NCBI GenBank assembly: GCA_030265395.1
Contig: JARFYF010000094.1
Span: 18,800,557 to 18,864,556 of the forward strand
DNA: 64,000 nucleotides
DNA from: Rhina ancylostomus
Taxonomy: Eukaryota
Reading direction: 5' to 3'
Shown here one piece after another: positions 26,282 to 39,959 of this stretch. The notes under the pieces are model-generated. The model saw nothing but the letters and a program-made list of their open reading frames with translations, ran no database searches and was not told where the DNA came from. A program made the translations under genes and the position numbers. Position 1 is the stretch's first letter. Each line of letters opens with the position of its first letter.

Positions 26282-29200
26282 CTAAAAGAAAAGCAAATAC
26301 ATTGTAAGAGCAAATCCCTTTAACATTACTGTCATTTTTGGGCTTTTCTTACCATAACTGCCCTTTATAAGGTTCTAAACTATGCTTACATATGTAAACC
26401 CCTTTCTGTCACACATTTACAGCTATCGTAACAAGTAGAAAGTACCATACACTTTCTGGTGCATGCTGGTGATTTGCCTGGAATTGTTTCATTTACAGGA
26501 TAATAAATTCATTTCAGTCCAAAGATGTTATCAGTGAAGCTCAGTGAGACAAATGCTTCATTCCCATGATTTAGTTAAAGAAAGTTTGCATTCAATGAAA
26601 CTCACATTTCATTGTACGAAAATGCAACTCTTTTCACACCATAATAACAAATACAGCATATAGATAGCTGTCTTCTACTGAATCAACTTAGATTCATGCT
26701 GGAATTGTAGAAGAGGAGTATACTGTTTGTTATAACAAGTAGTTACATCAATGTTGATATCCTTATTTAATATGCAGCATCAAATAAACTTCAATAAATT
26801 TCACTAGGTGACTGGGTGGTACATTGAGTCAACAATTAAACCTTTCACTTTAGTGACCTGAATTCCAAAGCCGGTAGGGTAATTGGCCATCCTGCTGGCT
26901 GCTGATAAATAAGAATTATTATTCTTTGTTACTGTTTTATCTCAAAACATATTATGTTAAGTTAATTAAAAATGAGTTAGGTTTAACTTTTTCTATTGTG
27001 GGATTTAAAACCAAAAAGATTTTTAACATATAGCAGAAGTATATAATATTAAGCAAAACTGTAAAACAATGTTAAACAATGTTTAAAACAATCCTAAATG
27101 TTTCACAGTACATAGGAGCTAGGAAAAGCAGTTGCCCAATTCTTCCTGCAGAAAGATTTGGTCTTGAGAAGCATCTAAGAAATAATCCTCCAGTAATAAG
27201 ACAAAGATAATGGAATATGCAATATGGAAAGAACCAAAATTGAAAAAAATAATGGAGTGTTTTCACTGATCATCCATTACCACAGCTGTCAGTCAATTAA
27301 AGACTGTTGAATTGAATTCACTGGTTGAGCCAAACAAATGAGCACATAAAATACCCCCATATCTATATCAGTGTTAGAAACAATCCAATGAGAAAATTTT
27401 GCAGGTTTCACACTGAGTTGGAACTAATTGAAGATTGCAATGCTATAAGTTGGAAGCTTACAGTTTAATAGCTGTAGATGTGCAGTGATCTAAATTAAAT
27501 TCTGAGNNNNNNNNCTCTTGCAGATTGAACTTTCCATCTGTTTGATTGTGTCCTTTTGAGTCTCAATTTTAAGAGCGCAAAATAAAACAAGAAAATGGTC
27601 CATCAAAATGCAAAGACAAAGGCTGGTGCAGATAGTTTTGGTTCATGTGGAGATATATGATAAGTATAGAGTAAAAATATCAGTGTTTGTCAGTTAAAAG
27701 TAAAATGAGATAGAGTAAAATTGTACAAACCAATGCTAAAAAATACAGAAAATGCATTTCTAACCTCAGATGGTCTTAACATTTTTGAGAGAGAGATGGA
27801 AATTGTAATGTTTCAATATCAACAACACTTGATGAATGTTCTTACATTAGAACTAAGAACTTATAAGTGCCAAATCAGATTGTTAAATTAGTTTGGTGTC
27901 ACTAAAAGTATTATGCAACAACCTTTAAGCAATTTTAGTCACTGTACTTTTGTTTTGCCGTAGTTTCATTTTATTTGAGAATCAGAGAATTTTGAAGGTT
28001 AAAAAAAAAGGAAAAATAGGAATACTGAGATTGCACAAGCATCCTGAATTCATCAAAGCTTCAGTGTTGGGCAACTTTTTGTACTTCCATTGTAAAATGT
28101 CAAACATTTAATTGTCCTGGCAATCCACCTTTTAATGTTGAGTTTTTTTTGACAGAGATTGGCTCTTATTAATTGTACATTCCCACTGTTTGCTTAAATG
28201 AGCCACAGAACAAACCTAATTTTTTTGAAAGTAGCAGGTGATATCTTCTGTAGAATCCTTTGACAAACAATTCTGTGCAACATTTAACAAACCCAAGTAT
28301 AAAATCCATGTGGTAATATCCACCGCTCACTTTGATGACATTCAGAAGCATTAGAGACGCTGATAATGTATCAGTACACAAACAGGGTGGAAAGAGGTCA
28401 CCATAGTGAGAGACAAACATTTCTCTTGTTCTTTTGTGCGACAGAAGTAAGCTGCTTTAGATCCTGAAACAATGTCATAGAGAGTGAAAGAGTGTAAAGT
28501 GATAGGTCCTGAAATATTATCCATGACTAATGACATTTTAATCAATGCTCCTCTGACTGGTTGAGTGCTTGAAATAGCAAACTAGAAGCCAAAATGCAGT
28601 AAGAGTTAAACATTTTAGTTATAATAATTACTCCTCTTAGTACAGTTGTTTTTACTGAAAATAGAAATTACTTCCAATAATTACCAGGAATACCTATCAG
28701 CAACTTATCCTAACTGTAAACTTCCATGTACTAAATTGTACTAAGTTTTGGGATGCATGAAGGTTCTAGTTAGCCTTGGAACTAAAAAGTATCTATGAGC
28801 ACTGGATAACATCATAAATTAGCATGATGCCCTTTCACCTCTGATACTTTGATTTGACTCCGTGATGAATTACCTTACACTGGAAGAATGGATCTAAAAC
28901 AAATATACTCCTTGAATTTGGAGAGGTATTTCCCTCAGTGTAAAGTTCAAATAAATTCTAGAGACTTACATGCCTCAAGCATCAATTGAGGCCAATACAA
29001 AGATATATATCATTTTCCAAAACTACTTTATGAATTATTTTATCTATTATATTTTATGGACATGTAGATTGTAAATGTTGGATGGGTCAGCACACACGCA
29101 CGATCACAAAGCTGGCAATAGTTATTCAGGTTTGTTAGTCTCAATTCAGCTTCAATTGTGTGCAGGTCTCAATTAGGTCAGAAGGATAGCCTGCATATGT

Positions 29201-30769
29201 AAAATAGGAACACATCCAGCACGACCCCAATCTGAGGCTAAATTACACCGCCAAAGCAGATAGAGGCTTTACTCTGCACCTGCTCATGCAATAGATGAAC
29301 CTGACTGCCTAACCTGGATTTTTTTAAACCAACATGCTGTTCTAGAGCTTTGGGGCTTTTGACCTTTGTCTCTAGATCTGTAAGTAGTTCTTATCTCAAC
29401 ACCACTTACATTATAAAAAGGATAAATCTGAATTTTTTTTATCAAATCAGAACTGTCTGAATTAAGATCTCTTGGTGAGATGCCGCACTCATTAAAAGAA
29501 ATGATTTATTTCCCTTTAATCATTTTGCAAGGTTATGTTGTTCATAGTTTTTCTTTCAATATGTTTGTAAAGTACATGGAAATGGGGCTATCCTTTGCTC
29601 AAATATATGAGTAAAGAAAATATTTAGTTGATTACCAAAGACTTCCTCATCTCTAACCCTTTATTTGCTCTTACACTCCTTTTACTTTCTTCCAAGTGGC
29701 AAACCTGCCAACCTACACACTCTTCTAACCACCAATTTTCAATAACTCATAATCTTCCATTTCAACTCATTCCATGCCAAATGGTTCTTGCAATATAACT
29801 TTGCATGCTGAAACCTGTGTAGATTGAACATTTGTGACTTTCCAATACCTATTCGAAATGGCTAAGATATCTGCACATGTGTGAGGGTTTAGAAAATCTA
29901 CCTATTGTGTCTTATCTTTTAGCCATGCTCTTCACCCAACATTGTCAAGTACTTAAGTCCCATTCATTACCTAACAATCCAGCTCTATTGGAGATACTGG
30001 AATCATGTTTTCAAATTTGCTGGAATCAAGATATTGATCATTCAGGACAAATCCTGCAAATGTGACTAAATTTCAGTTTGAAATTTTCATAGGTTTTGCC
30101 ACCGGGGATGAAGGTAATCTCATTAGATGAAAACAGACATTCCAGTAGACAGGTATTACTCTCTCAGAAGATTTAATATGGAAGTGAATTTTCCTGTAGT
30201 GCAGTAAATGCTGAGCACCAGAACTACTGCTAGGAGATGCATGTCAACATATCCTGGCAGTCTCATAAAGAGCAAGAGCAATAAATGAGGAAAGCAGATG
30301 GCAAAAATTATTTCACTGGATTTACTTTTGGAGTAGGGTTTTTACTTAGAGATAGACTCAAAAATGTCTGTGTGTAATCAAAATTTCTAAACTATTTAAC
30401 AATTGTTTGCTTTTAACAAAATATGTATACTAACATAAAAAGGATCTAGATTTTCTCATGTGCATTTTGTTACATCTCTACCAGAAAAATACACAAATTA
30501 CAGTAATATATACATCAGGAATTAGATCTTTAGTGCAGCTTAAAGACATTTTCTGTGTTAACATATTTTATAATCTGGATATTTTCCTATCTTTTTCATA
30601 AACATTGTAATAATGGAAACTCTATGATCTTCAATTCCTTCAAAATTCCACTGGTTAAAGTAATTAAAAGTCATGGTGTGCATATTTAAACCCTGGTATG
30701 AACATGATTTGAATTTATACAGAACATTAGTACATAAAAAGAAAAAAAAGCCAAAGACTACAGCATATC

Positions 30770-31560
30770 ATAGATTAGATGGCAAGTCAGTGGAGAATTG
30801 ACAGACAGAATTTAATCCTGATGAGTGTGAAATGATGCAAGTTAAATAGGGGTAGGACATATACAGCAAATGGTAGAGCGATAAGGAATGTTGATGAACA
30901 GAGAGACCTAGGGGTCCAAGTCTATAGTTCCCTGAAAATGGCAACACGTGTCAATAGGATGGTGAAGAAGGCACATGGCACAGTTGCCTTCGTAGGTCAG
31001 AACATACAATATAAACTTGGGATTTTATGTTGCAACTTCACAGAAATATGGTTAGGCCACACTTGCAGTATTGCATGCAGTTCTGATTGTCACATCATAG
31101 GAAGGATGTGACTGCGCTGGAGAGAGTGCAGAGAAGGTTCACCAGAGTATTGCCTGGATTGGGGGACTTTAGTTATGGGGAGAAATTGGGAAGTCTGAGA
31201 CTATTTTCCCTGGAGTGAAAGAGGCTGAGGAGTGAACTGATGGAAGTATATAAAATTAAAAGAGGCATAATTAATGTAGATACTCAAAATCTTTTCCCAT
31301 GTTAGGGCCATCAAAAAATAAGAACTGAGAGGTGGGAGCTTTAAAGGGGATCTGAGTGGTTGATATCTGGAACTTGCCAGAGGAGCTGGTGGAATCAGAT
31401 AAAATAACTAAATTTAAGAGGCATTTAGACAGACACTTAAATAAGCAAGGCATAGAAGAATACAATCCTAATGCAGGCATATTGGATTAATGTAGGTGAA
31501 CAAAAAAGTTGGCATGGATGTGGTGGGTCTGTTGCTATGCTTTATGACTCTATGACTCGG
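30770..31560 (+). mobile_element. CR1 LINE 3' fragment
   Basis: W-EFNP--CE-MH, RDLGVQV, VRPHLQYC-QF and ALERVQRRFTR-LPGL motifs, ending in a (gactctat) tail. Confidence 0.9.
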
Positions 31561-31613
31561 AGTTACATGTAAAAATCCTTATTGAAGTACCAAAACAATG
31601 TCAATAGCATGAC

Positions 31614-31911
31614 TGACAAAACCATTAGATGGATCACCTTTCTACATGAGATGCCATAGATCAACAGATTTCCGAGAAAAAAAATAATGGGAATTATTCT
31701 CAGAAGAGAGAAAAATAATATTATATTGTAGTAGATTGGTCCTATTGAGCTACATCAGGATGGCTTAATTTCTATGATTCTTTAAAGGAGAGTTAATAGC
31801 AAGCAAGTTCCAGACCTTAATAAAGTCCTAACATAATGGCAATACAGTAATTGACAAAACTATTGGATGGATTACCTTTCTTCATGAGATTACAAACACA
31901 AGTAGATTTCC
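31614..31911 (+). repeat. Old local duplication (238-bp offset)
   Basis: tgacaaaaccattagatggatcacctttctacatgagat..agatttcc (31614) versus tgacaaaactattggatggattacctttcttcatgagat..agatttcc (31852). Confidence 0.7.
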
Positions 31912-33259
31912 AAGTACAGTAAAATGAATTGAATGATAAGAGTAAAGGAGACTGAAGAGATAAAAATAGTTTTGAACAAAAGAACCATTACACTAGCTGG
32001 CTAGAACAATGAACGAGTCAAATATTTAAGGAAGGATCTGGACCAGATCCCTAGTTAGATTGGTTTCAGCTGTGGTGCCTGCAGTCAACCCTTGCCCTCA
32101 GTTCACAGTAACAGCTAGGAGACCACAAAAACAGAGGTTCCTGCAGCTTTTGTTAAAAAGATTATTTTCTCCGTTCAATCAAACATTAGCAAGATATTTT
32201 GTAACTTGTCAAGTTTTCTCCTTCAATTCAATTAACTGTAGAATTTTTAAGAAGACTGCTGAGAAATCTTCTGCTATATGATTGAAAATGAACGTTGAAG
32301 GACTCAGATTTCATTGTCCAGAGTGATTCATATTTAATGACAAACATTTCATTTCATATACTTTTGGTTGTAATTTTTTGTTCAGTTTTTAGCGATCTCT
32401 CTTTGAAACACAACATTTAGGTTTTTTGTTGTCCACAGCAGAGTTTCTGCTGACAGCGCTATATCAGCCAATGAGTTGGAGTTAGGGTCATATAAATTTC
32501 TAGACCCACAGCAAATAGTCTAATAAACACCAAACTAAGTAACTTTACTCATAGAACTGAGTCTTTATAAAGAGCAAGAGACAGAATATATGGCCAAAGC
32601 TACAGTGACTTCTCCCAATTAAAGTAAGGTAACTTATTCATGAAAACGCAGTAGAGTGGAGGATATTTATGTACAAATTATGCGCACAAAATTAATCTCA
32701 TTTACTAAGATTGATGCAAACACCAAATATAATTGATCGGGTAATTACACAGAAGTGTTGTCACCATCCACACATCTCTGGGGAAAGTACATAGAATTCT
32801 ACTAAGCGTACTGTTCATTTGGGTAGAGAAACAGGGACTTGGAAAGCAGAACACTGACAGATTCCAACATAAGTAATTAAACAGAAGCTATGTTTTTCTA
32901 TCCCCAATCATAATCAATTAATGAAATCTGATATAGGCCACTACAAGTCACACTGCTAAGGTAATAATAGAATATATTTTAACTGAATGGCTGAATTTAT
33001 AGAAAGAACAGCAAGTTATTATTTAGTGCTATGGTGATATGACCAGGATTCAACTAAATATCTTGAGACAATGATCTACAAATTGTAATTAAGCTTCATT
33101 CTCATAAAATGCTGTCTTTTATTTCCTATCTAATAAATAATAAGCTGCTAAATGTCAATATCAATGATTTAGCAGAGTTTAAATTAAATTAAAGGCTATT
33201 ATTTCAAGTTTTCACAAATGGGCACATTTCTAAAGGTATTAACTTGGTACTTTTGACAA

Positions 33260-34268
33260 TAGTGGTGCCTAGTGGTGTCCCACAGTGGTCAGTGTTGGGA
33301 CCCTTGTTGTTCGTTATTTATATAAATGATTTGGATGTGAATGCACAAGACTTGATCAGTAAGTTTTGAACTTAGGAGGTGCTGTTGATAGTGAAGAAGG
33401 TGATTGTAGATTACAGGGGGATCTTGACCAGTTAGTGAAGTGGGCCAAGGAGGGATAAATATATTTCAATATAGATAAGTGTGAGGTGATGCATTTTGGA
33501 AAGTCAAACCAGTGTAGGACTTGTACTATGAATGGTAGGGGACTAGGGAGTGTAATGAAACAGAGGGACCCAGGAGTACAAGTGCATAGTTCATTGAAAA
33601 CGGTGTCACAGGTAGACAGGGTGGTGAAGAAAGCATTTAGCACACTGGCCTGCATCAGTTAGTGCACGGAGTATAGGAGTTGGGACATTATGTTGCAGTT
33701 GTATAAGTCATTGGTGAGGCCGCACTTGGAGTACAGTGTACAGTTTTGGCCACTTTGTTATTGGAAAGACATGGTTAAACTGGGAAGAGTGCAGAAAAGA
33801 TTTACAAGGATGTTGCCAGGACTAGAGGATCTGNNNNNNNNNNNNNNNNNNNNNNNNNNNNNNNNNNNNNNNNNNNNNNNNNNNNNNNNNNNNNNNNNNN
33901 NNNNNNNNNNNNNNNNNNNNNNNNNNNNNNNNNNNNNNNNNNNNNNNNNNCTTTTCCCCAGGGTAGGGGAGTCCAAAACTAGGGGGCATAGATTTAGGGT
34001 GAGAGGGGAAAGATTTAAAAGGGACTTAAGGGGCAACTTTTTCATGCAGAGGGTGGTGTGTATATGGAACGAGCTGCCAGAGGAAGTCGTTGAGGTAGGT
34101 ACATAGTATCATTTAAGAAGCACATGGAAAGGTAAATACAGGGGCGGTGATTAGTGGGATATAAGTTGAACGCAGGAAATTGGGACTATATGGGTGGACA
34201 CCATGGTTGGCATGGACTCATTAGGCCGAAGGGTCTGTATCCGAGCTGTATTGCTCTATTACTCTATA
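33260..34268 (+). mobile_element. CR1 (HER1-like) LINE 3' portion, relatively well preserved, with a gap
   Basis: SGVPQ-SVLGPLLFVIYINDLD, MLQLYKSLVRPHLEYSVQFW and TRGHRFRVRGERFKRDLRGNFF motifs plus the 3' tail. Confidence 0.95.
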
Positions 34269-36379
34269 TGTAATTAAACATTAAATACCTAAAGAGCTCA
34301 GAATCCTTGAATTAGTACAATGTTAAGTCAGAATTGTACACAGAAAAGATTGTGCTGAAAAATAGTATAAAGTAAATCAAAGTCTCATTTATAATTAAAA
34401 TCACTTACTATGGAACCAAAGCTTTTAAGAAAGTTCCATGCAAAATTCTTTAGGCTAAATTCAAAGCTATGGACATACAACATAATCACTGGGAAGAATA
34501 TGGCAGAAGTGCAGGAAACACTTTCACCTCAGAGAAGTTATGTCAGTTAAGTACCGAATGGGATTGATACTAGAACCACCAGTGCTTCTAATATTCATCA
34601 AAAACCTGGATTCATAAAGTTATGAAAAGTGAAAGCATTTGGAATAAAACTATCAAATTAATCACATTCAACTTTGACAATTAAGTTATTTTATAAAGAT
34701 GATCTTTTACACATTAATCAAATAAATTAACTTCAATTAATTGAAATGCTTGATTTTTCTATATACATAAAATTGAATCAAAAGGCAACTTATATTCTGA
34801 TTTACATTGCAACCTGTTCCACTGGCCTAACCTCATGGTGCCTCATTCTTTTCTGCCAATAGCCTGACTCTGTTTTTTCTTCTGTAACTTGTAACAAAAG
34901 TTGGATGTGAAGAGATCTTGGTGATATTGTGTAGTAATAGGAAAAGGACAGGACTCTTGGTGGATGTTGTGTGCATAAATGTCCTCTTTCTTATTTTCTT
35001 CTTACATTTATTTTCTCCTACAGGTCTAACTCTTTAATATTAAGGCCCGCCAATTAAATACGCAATTAAGAATAATCTGAGATTATTTTCTTTAATCATG
35101 AGATCTAGTTTTTAGTGGAAATGTGTTTCCTTCATGTCTATAAACAGTGATCTTCTGTTGTATATTTACATGATTTGGAACATAGAACATAGAAAAACTA
35201 CGGCACAATTCAGGCCCTTTGGCCCACAAAGCTGTGCTGAAAAATAGAAAATATAAAAGCCACAGAGGGAAAATATTTTTTATAATTATTAACACCTAAA
35301 AAACAAGCTAAGAATGACTTAGTAAAAAATAGCCATCATAGGTATTCATTTACTAAGAGCAAAAATGAATCATTTTAAAATTCTAGAACAAACTTAGTAA
35401 ACAGCACAACTACCATTCAACATTACAGATATTTTGCAATCCAGTTTCTAAGACTACACCAATCAATCAAAATGCTTCAAAGATTCTAAATGGAAGTTCA
35501 ACAGTCTTTGAAAGAAATTGCTTTTCTCATCACTTCATAAATGCTCTCATTTTATTTTAATTGGCTTACATTAATGTAATGCCCTATGCAAACCAGCAGC
35601 CGATATAATTGACTCCAGTAAAGGGACAGTAACCTATGATAAATGTTCGATAGAGACATGCCAGAGAAATGACACGATATCTTTAAAAACAATTATTTAT
35701 TATTCATTAGAAGTGATGGGTATTTAAATCTTGGATCTTAATTGAGCTGTTCTATTAAAACATTTAGATCAAGGGCCTGCCTTATGGATGATGAAAACAT
35801 CAGTTGGATAAAGTCTCAGCAGGGACTCTTAATGGTGCTGCAGTAGCTCCTGCTGCCTCTCCCCCAGGCTATACATTGCCAATTATTCATAGGCTCCACC
35901 AACTGCATCGCCAACACTAATTTCATTTCATCAGGTGAGGATACATTGCAGGCATTGTCTCATATCATGGTTGCATTTTTCAATTGACCCACGGCTGCTT
36001 CATCACAGTTGATCCCACCCATGAGGTTAGCACCATCTGTCAACTTTGAGCAATTTGTATTGCATGTCTGAATCTAGTCATTCATGTGGATTAAAAAAAT
36101 CAGAAAATGGCCATCAGTGATCCCTGGGGTAATCAATCTCATAATTTTCTTGCTTCTATTTCCATAGTGATAAGCTCTTGTGAGAAAATCTGCCAAGTTA
36201 TTTCTTTCCATATTGGCTTTATTTTTCTTCCTAGGAAATACCTTAAATCATAAGTAACTGAACCCAATTTTATATTATTTGCAATCCTATAACAGTTTTA
36301 TTACCTAAATGAAATTCTTCCTGACATTCCTGTTCTCTCTATATTATTTTATCAAGCATATACAGGAAGATTCATGAAA

Positions 36380-36620
36380 AATACCACAGATTCTGGAAAC
36401 CTGGGATCAAAATAGAAAAAGAAGGAAATAATCTAAAAGACAGGCAGCACCTTTGGATAGAGAAACAGAGTTAATCTTTCATTTCAATAGTATTTCATCA
36501 GAACTGGAATTTTAATCAGTTTGTATGAAAGGTCGCTGACTTTAACATTAACTTAGCTTTTCTCTCTCTGCAGATGATGCCTGATTTATTTAATATTTTC
36601 AGAATTTTGTGTCTTTCGTT
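36380..36620. mobile_element. Palindromic element made of two inverted Penelope-type pseudo-LTR ends
   Basis: The left arm (caggcagcac..agagaaacagagttaat..ttcatcagaact) is the approximate reverse complement of the right arm (agtt..atgaaaggtc..ttaact..ctctctct..gcagatgatgcctg). Confidence 0.65.
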
Positions 36621-39077
36621 TACATAAAACAAATTGCTGCAATCTAAGTTTTCATAAATCATTGAGAACTGGGTGATCTGAGCTGACGAATATCTCAAAA
36701 CCTGAGGAAAAATATCACATGAATTAGGCTGTCCAGATCATGAGGCTGTAACTATCACTGTCAATTTGAGTCAATCAACTCACTTGGAGCCTAATTCCAT
36801 GAAAGCACTCAGCAGTCAGCAGTCAGTGGTTAGTTGGTTGAGCTGTTTCATGTATTTACTCAGGATTGTATTAGTATAGAAGATGAAATTAGACAGAGCA
36901 AAAGTCTCCAGGCACTTGAAAATCTCCAAAGTATATGATCTCACAGCAGAACCAGTTTAGGATCTGCAGCAGCATTCTTGTATCAAAAGCAAGTCATGCT
37001 CATACTATCAGGTCACAACATCTGGTTCCTTCCACAAACTCAGTACAAAATCTGGACTTGGGAGTATTGGTGGAGATGGAGTGTGGTGCCATTCGCATCC
37101 AAGAAAATGTCCGGCTCAGCATGTATGAGCTCTTGTGTATACAGCACTGCACTTATAAAATTAATTCCAACGTGAAAATTGTAGGAACAGATACCAGCAA
37201 CTCTTGTTTTCAAAGTGCGACATAGCAGGTGTAGCTAAATTTGGCTGGCTCAGTTCAAGTTCACCTGAATTTCAAATTCAGTAACAAGAGCCTAACAATA
37301 ATGATTATGGAGGCATTTTCATGATTGACTTTCCGAACTGACCCAGGAATGTGAACCTTCACTGATTTTCTATTACAGTTTGGATGAGACTGAGTGTAAT
37401 TTTAACTGTGCTCTCCAATATTTTCCTTTCAAAATTCGAGCAATTTTCTTTTCCAATCGGTACAGCAAATGTATCTTGGAATCAGGAAAGAAAATTCAGT
37501 AAAAAATAGTTAAAATATTATAATCTATCAAGATTGAGATCTGTGACAAGTCTTTACAATGTGGTACTTCAATACAATTTTAATCTGGAGGTGAGTTCTG
37601 AGTACNNNNNNNNNNNNNNNNNNNNNNNNNNNNNNNNNNNNNNNNNNNNNNNNNNNNNNNNNNNNNNNNNNNNNNNNNNNNNNNNNNNNNNNNNNNNNNN
37701 NNNNNNNNNNNNNNNNNNNNNNNNNNNNNNNNNNNNNNNNNNNNNNNNNNNNNNNNNNNNNNNNNNNNNGGTCTGTCACATAATTGGCCTTGTTGTCATT
37801 GCTGAGCTTGCCAGCTAGTAGAGATGTTTCTATCTGCTATCCAGCAGCCAGTCAAAAGTGCCATTAGCATCCATTTGAGGGCACCCTGGTACAAGCGCTC
37901 ACAGTTTCCATATCAATTTCTAATAACAATATAAATCAGTGGGAAGGCATTGTTACTCTTGGTCCAAAGTATTAGCAATTGAACTGGAGGGAATTATGGT
38001 AAAGTATATTGTATCATTGGGTATGGATTGTTTAAATGCACTGTATTCGAATCCCATAAAACCAAAAAATGGTTACTTAGACTATAGCTGTAAAATTATT
38101 AGTATTAACTTTATGTAAGAGATCAGTTCATTCATTTTCACTTGTTCAAATGTGGTATTTATTATACTATTAAAATGTTCTGGTACAGGGACTAAGCTAG
38201 AAATAAGGTAAGTACTGAAGGGGATTTCAGAGAACTTGTGGTTGACAAACTTGGTGCATGTATTTGAGAAGATGGCAGACATAGCATGTGGGAAGAGATT
38301 TGTGAACACAGTGTACATGAACTTTATGAAAGCCTTTAAGTTGTGAATTGGATTGCAGAATCTGCCCAATTTACATTCTATTGTTTTAAGTGGAATGAAT
38401 AGCCCTAATATTTCAAATAATAGCATTCAATTTAGCCCTTGTAACGCTAGATGTAAATTCAGCCTGGTTATTGTAGATTCCAAGTTATGTACCCCACAAT
38501 ATTTCTTTAACATTTTTAAAAGATACCTTGCAATATTTCTTTAACATCTTGTAAAGACAGGCTAACAAATACAATATCTGGACAATGTGTAGTTAACAAC
38601 AAAGGCAAGAAAGACAATGATGTAACATCTTTCTACTTTCTCAAGTGAAAGCCTAATTACTTCTGACCAGGTTACTTAGCTGTTTCTTCAAATGGTTGCA
38701 ATGCTGACAGAGGTAACCATAGTGAAGTACTTCAGAAATGCAAACAGTGGAGAAAGTGTAAGCACCAGAGCCGCTCCTCTGTAAATTTATTCACGTCAAA
38801 TTGACCTCTAGCTTCAATCACAGTCTCTGGCAGGAAACCAATGAGGATATGATTCCAATCTATAGAGCAGATCTTCAAATAGGCTTCACAAAACGGGTGT
38901 AACTGGGAAAAGGGAGTGACAATTCATTATGGTGGATCTCCTGATATTTATAGTATCATGCACATTTTTATTTCCAAAGCTCTTTTAAATACTAAACAAA
39001 GTCTGACCACAAGGATGATACATTATGGGAAATTAATTTTCTGGAAGAAAATGCGAAAGACTGAAAGATGGATTCAA

Positions 39078-39225
39078 GGCCAAAGATGCTGTAACAGATG
39101 TCCACATCTGCTGGAGGAACTCAGTGAGTCAGGCAACATCTGTAGAGGGAAGTGGACAATTGATGGTTTGAGTCAAGACCCTTCATCTGCAGTCTTTTGT
39201 GTCTCCAGATGTCCACATCTGTAGA
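39078..39225 (-). mobile_element. Short Penelope pseudo-LTR fragment with a degenerate hammerhead motif
   Basis: gctggaggaactcag..tcaggcaacatctgtagaggga..gacccttcatc is homologous to 52939-53024. Confidence 0.7.
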
Positions 39226-39384
39226 GCTGGAGGAACACCTTTGCTCTGTCAATAGATTATTGCATGCAGTGGCTCTGCTTTTCAGCAGGAACTGAAAATG
39301 GTCAATTATATCCACGAGGCCTGAGTAGCAACATATCAGTGGTTTGGGGATGCTTGCTTCAAAACTTCTGCTTCAGGGGATTTG

Positions 39385-39830
39385 CATAAGAAATAAGAAC
39401 AGAGTGGGTCATATGGGCCTTTGGGCCTGCTTTGTCATGTGAGATTATGGCTGATCAGATTTTGGTTTGAACTCCACTTTCCTGCCTGGTCCCCATAATC
39501 CAAGTCAAATCAAGTCCTAAAGACCAACAAACTATCCATCACAGCCTTGAATATATTCAATGACTCAAGCTCCAGAGCTCTATGAGACATCCCAAAATTC
39601 ACCACCCTTTGGAAGAAAAAAATCCTTCTTATTTCAGTTTTAAATGTTTAATCCCTTATCCTGAGATTATATTCCCTCTGTCAAGGTTCCCCCACCAGAG
39701 GAAAGGTTCTTTGAGAATCTACCCTGTCAAAATCCCTCAGGATCCTGTAGGTTTCAATAAGATTACCTGCCATTCTTCTAAACTCCAGAGAGTATACGCC
39801 AGGCTGATTAGATTTCCCTCTTAAAATAAG
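39385..39830 (-). mobile_element. CR1 LINE 3' fragment
   Basis: Antisense tail (cataagaaataagaacagag..ggcc) and antisense ORF2 end (cattcttctaaactccagagagta). Confidence 0.8.
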
Positions 39831-39959
39831 TCTTAAATCTCAACAAAGGTATGAGTTGGCAGGTTGGCAATCTACATTAAAAAGAGTATGTCAGTAAAAA
39901 AGTAATAGCCAACATTTATATAAAAACATAGTTTACAGCAAATATCCAGCAAATACCCA

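Noticed and set aside
28351-28582. Longer minus-strand frame (MIKMSLVMDNISG..) as a coding exon
   Set aside because: Stops before the donor, spans the polypyrimidine tract and shows no recognisable homology.
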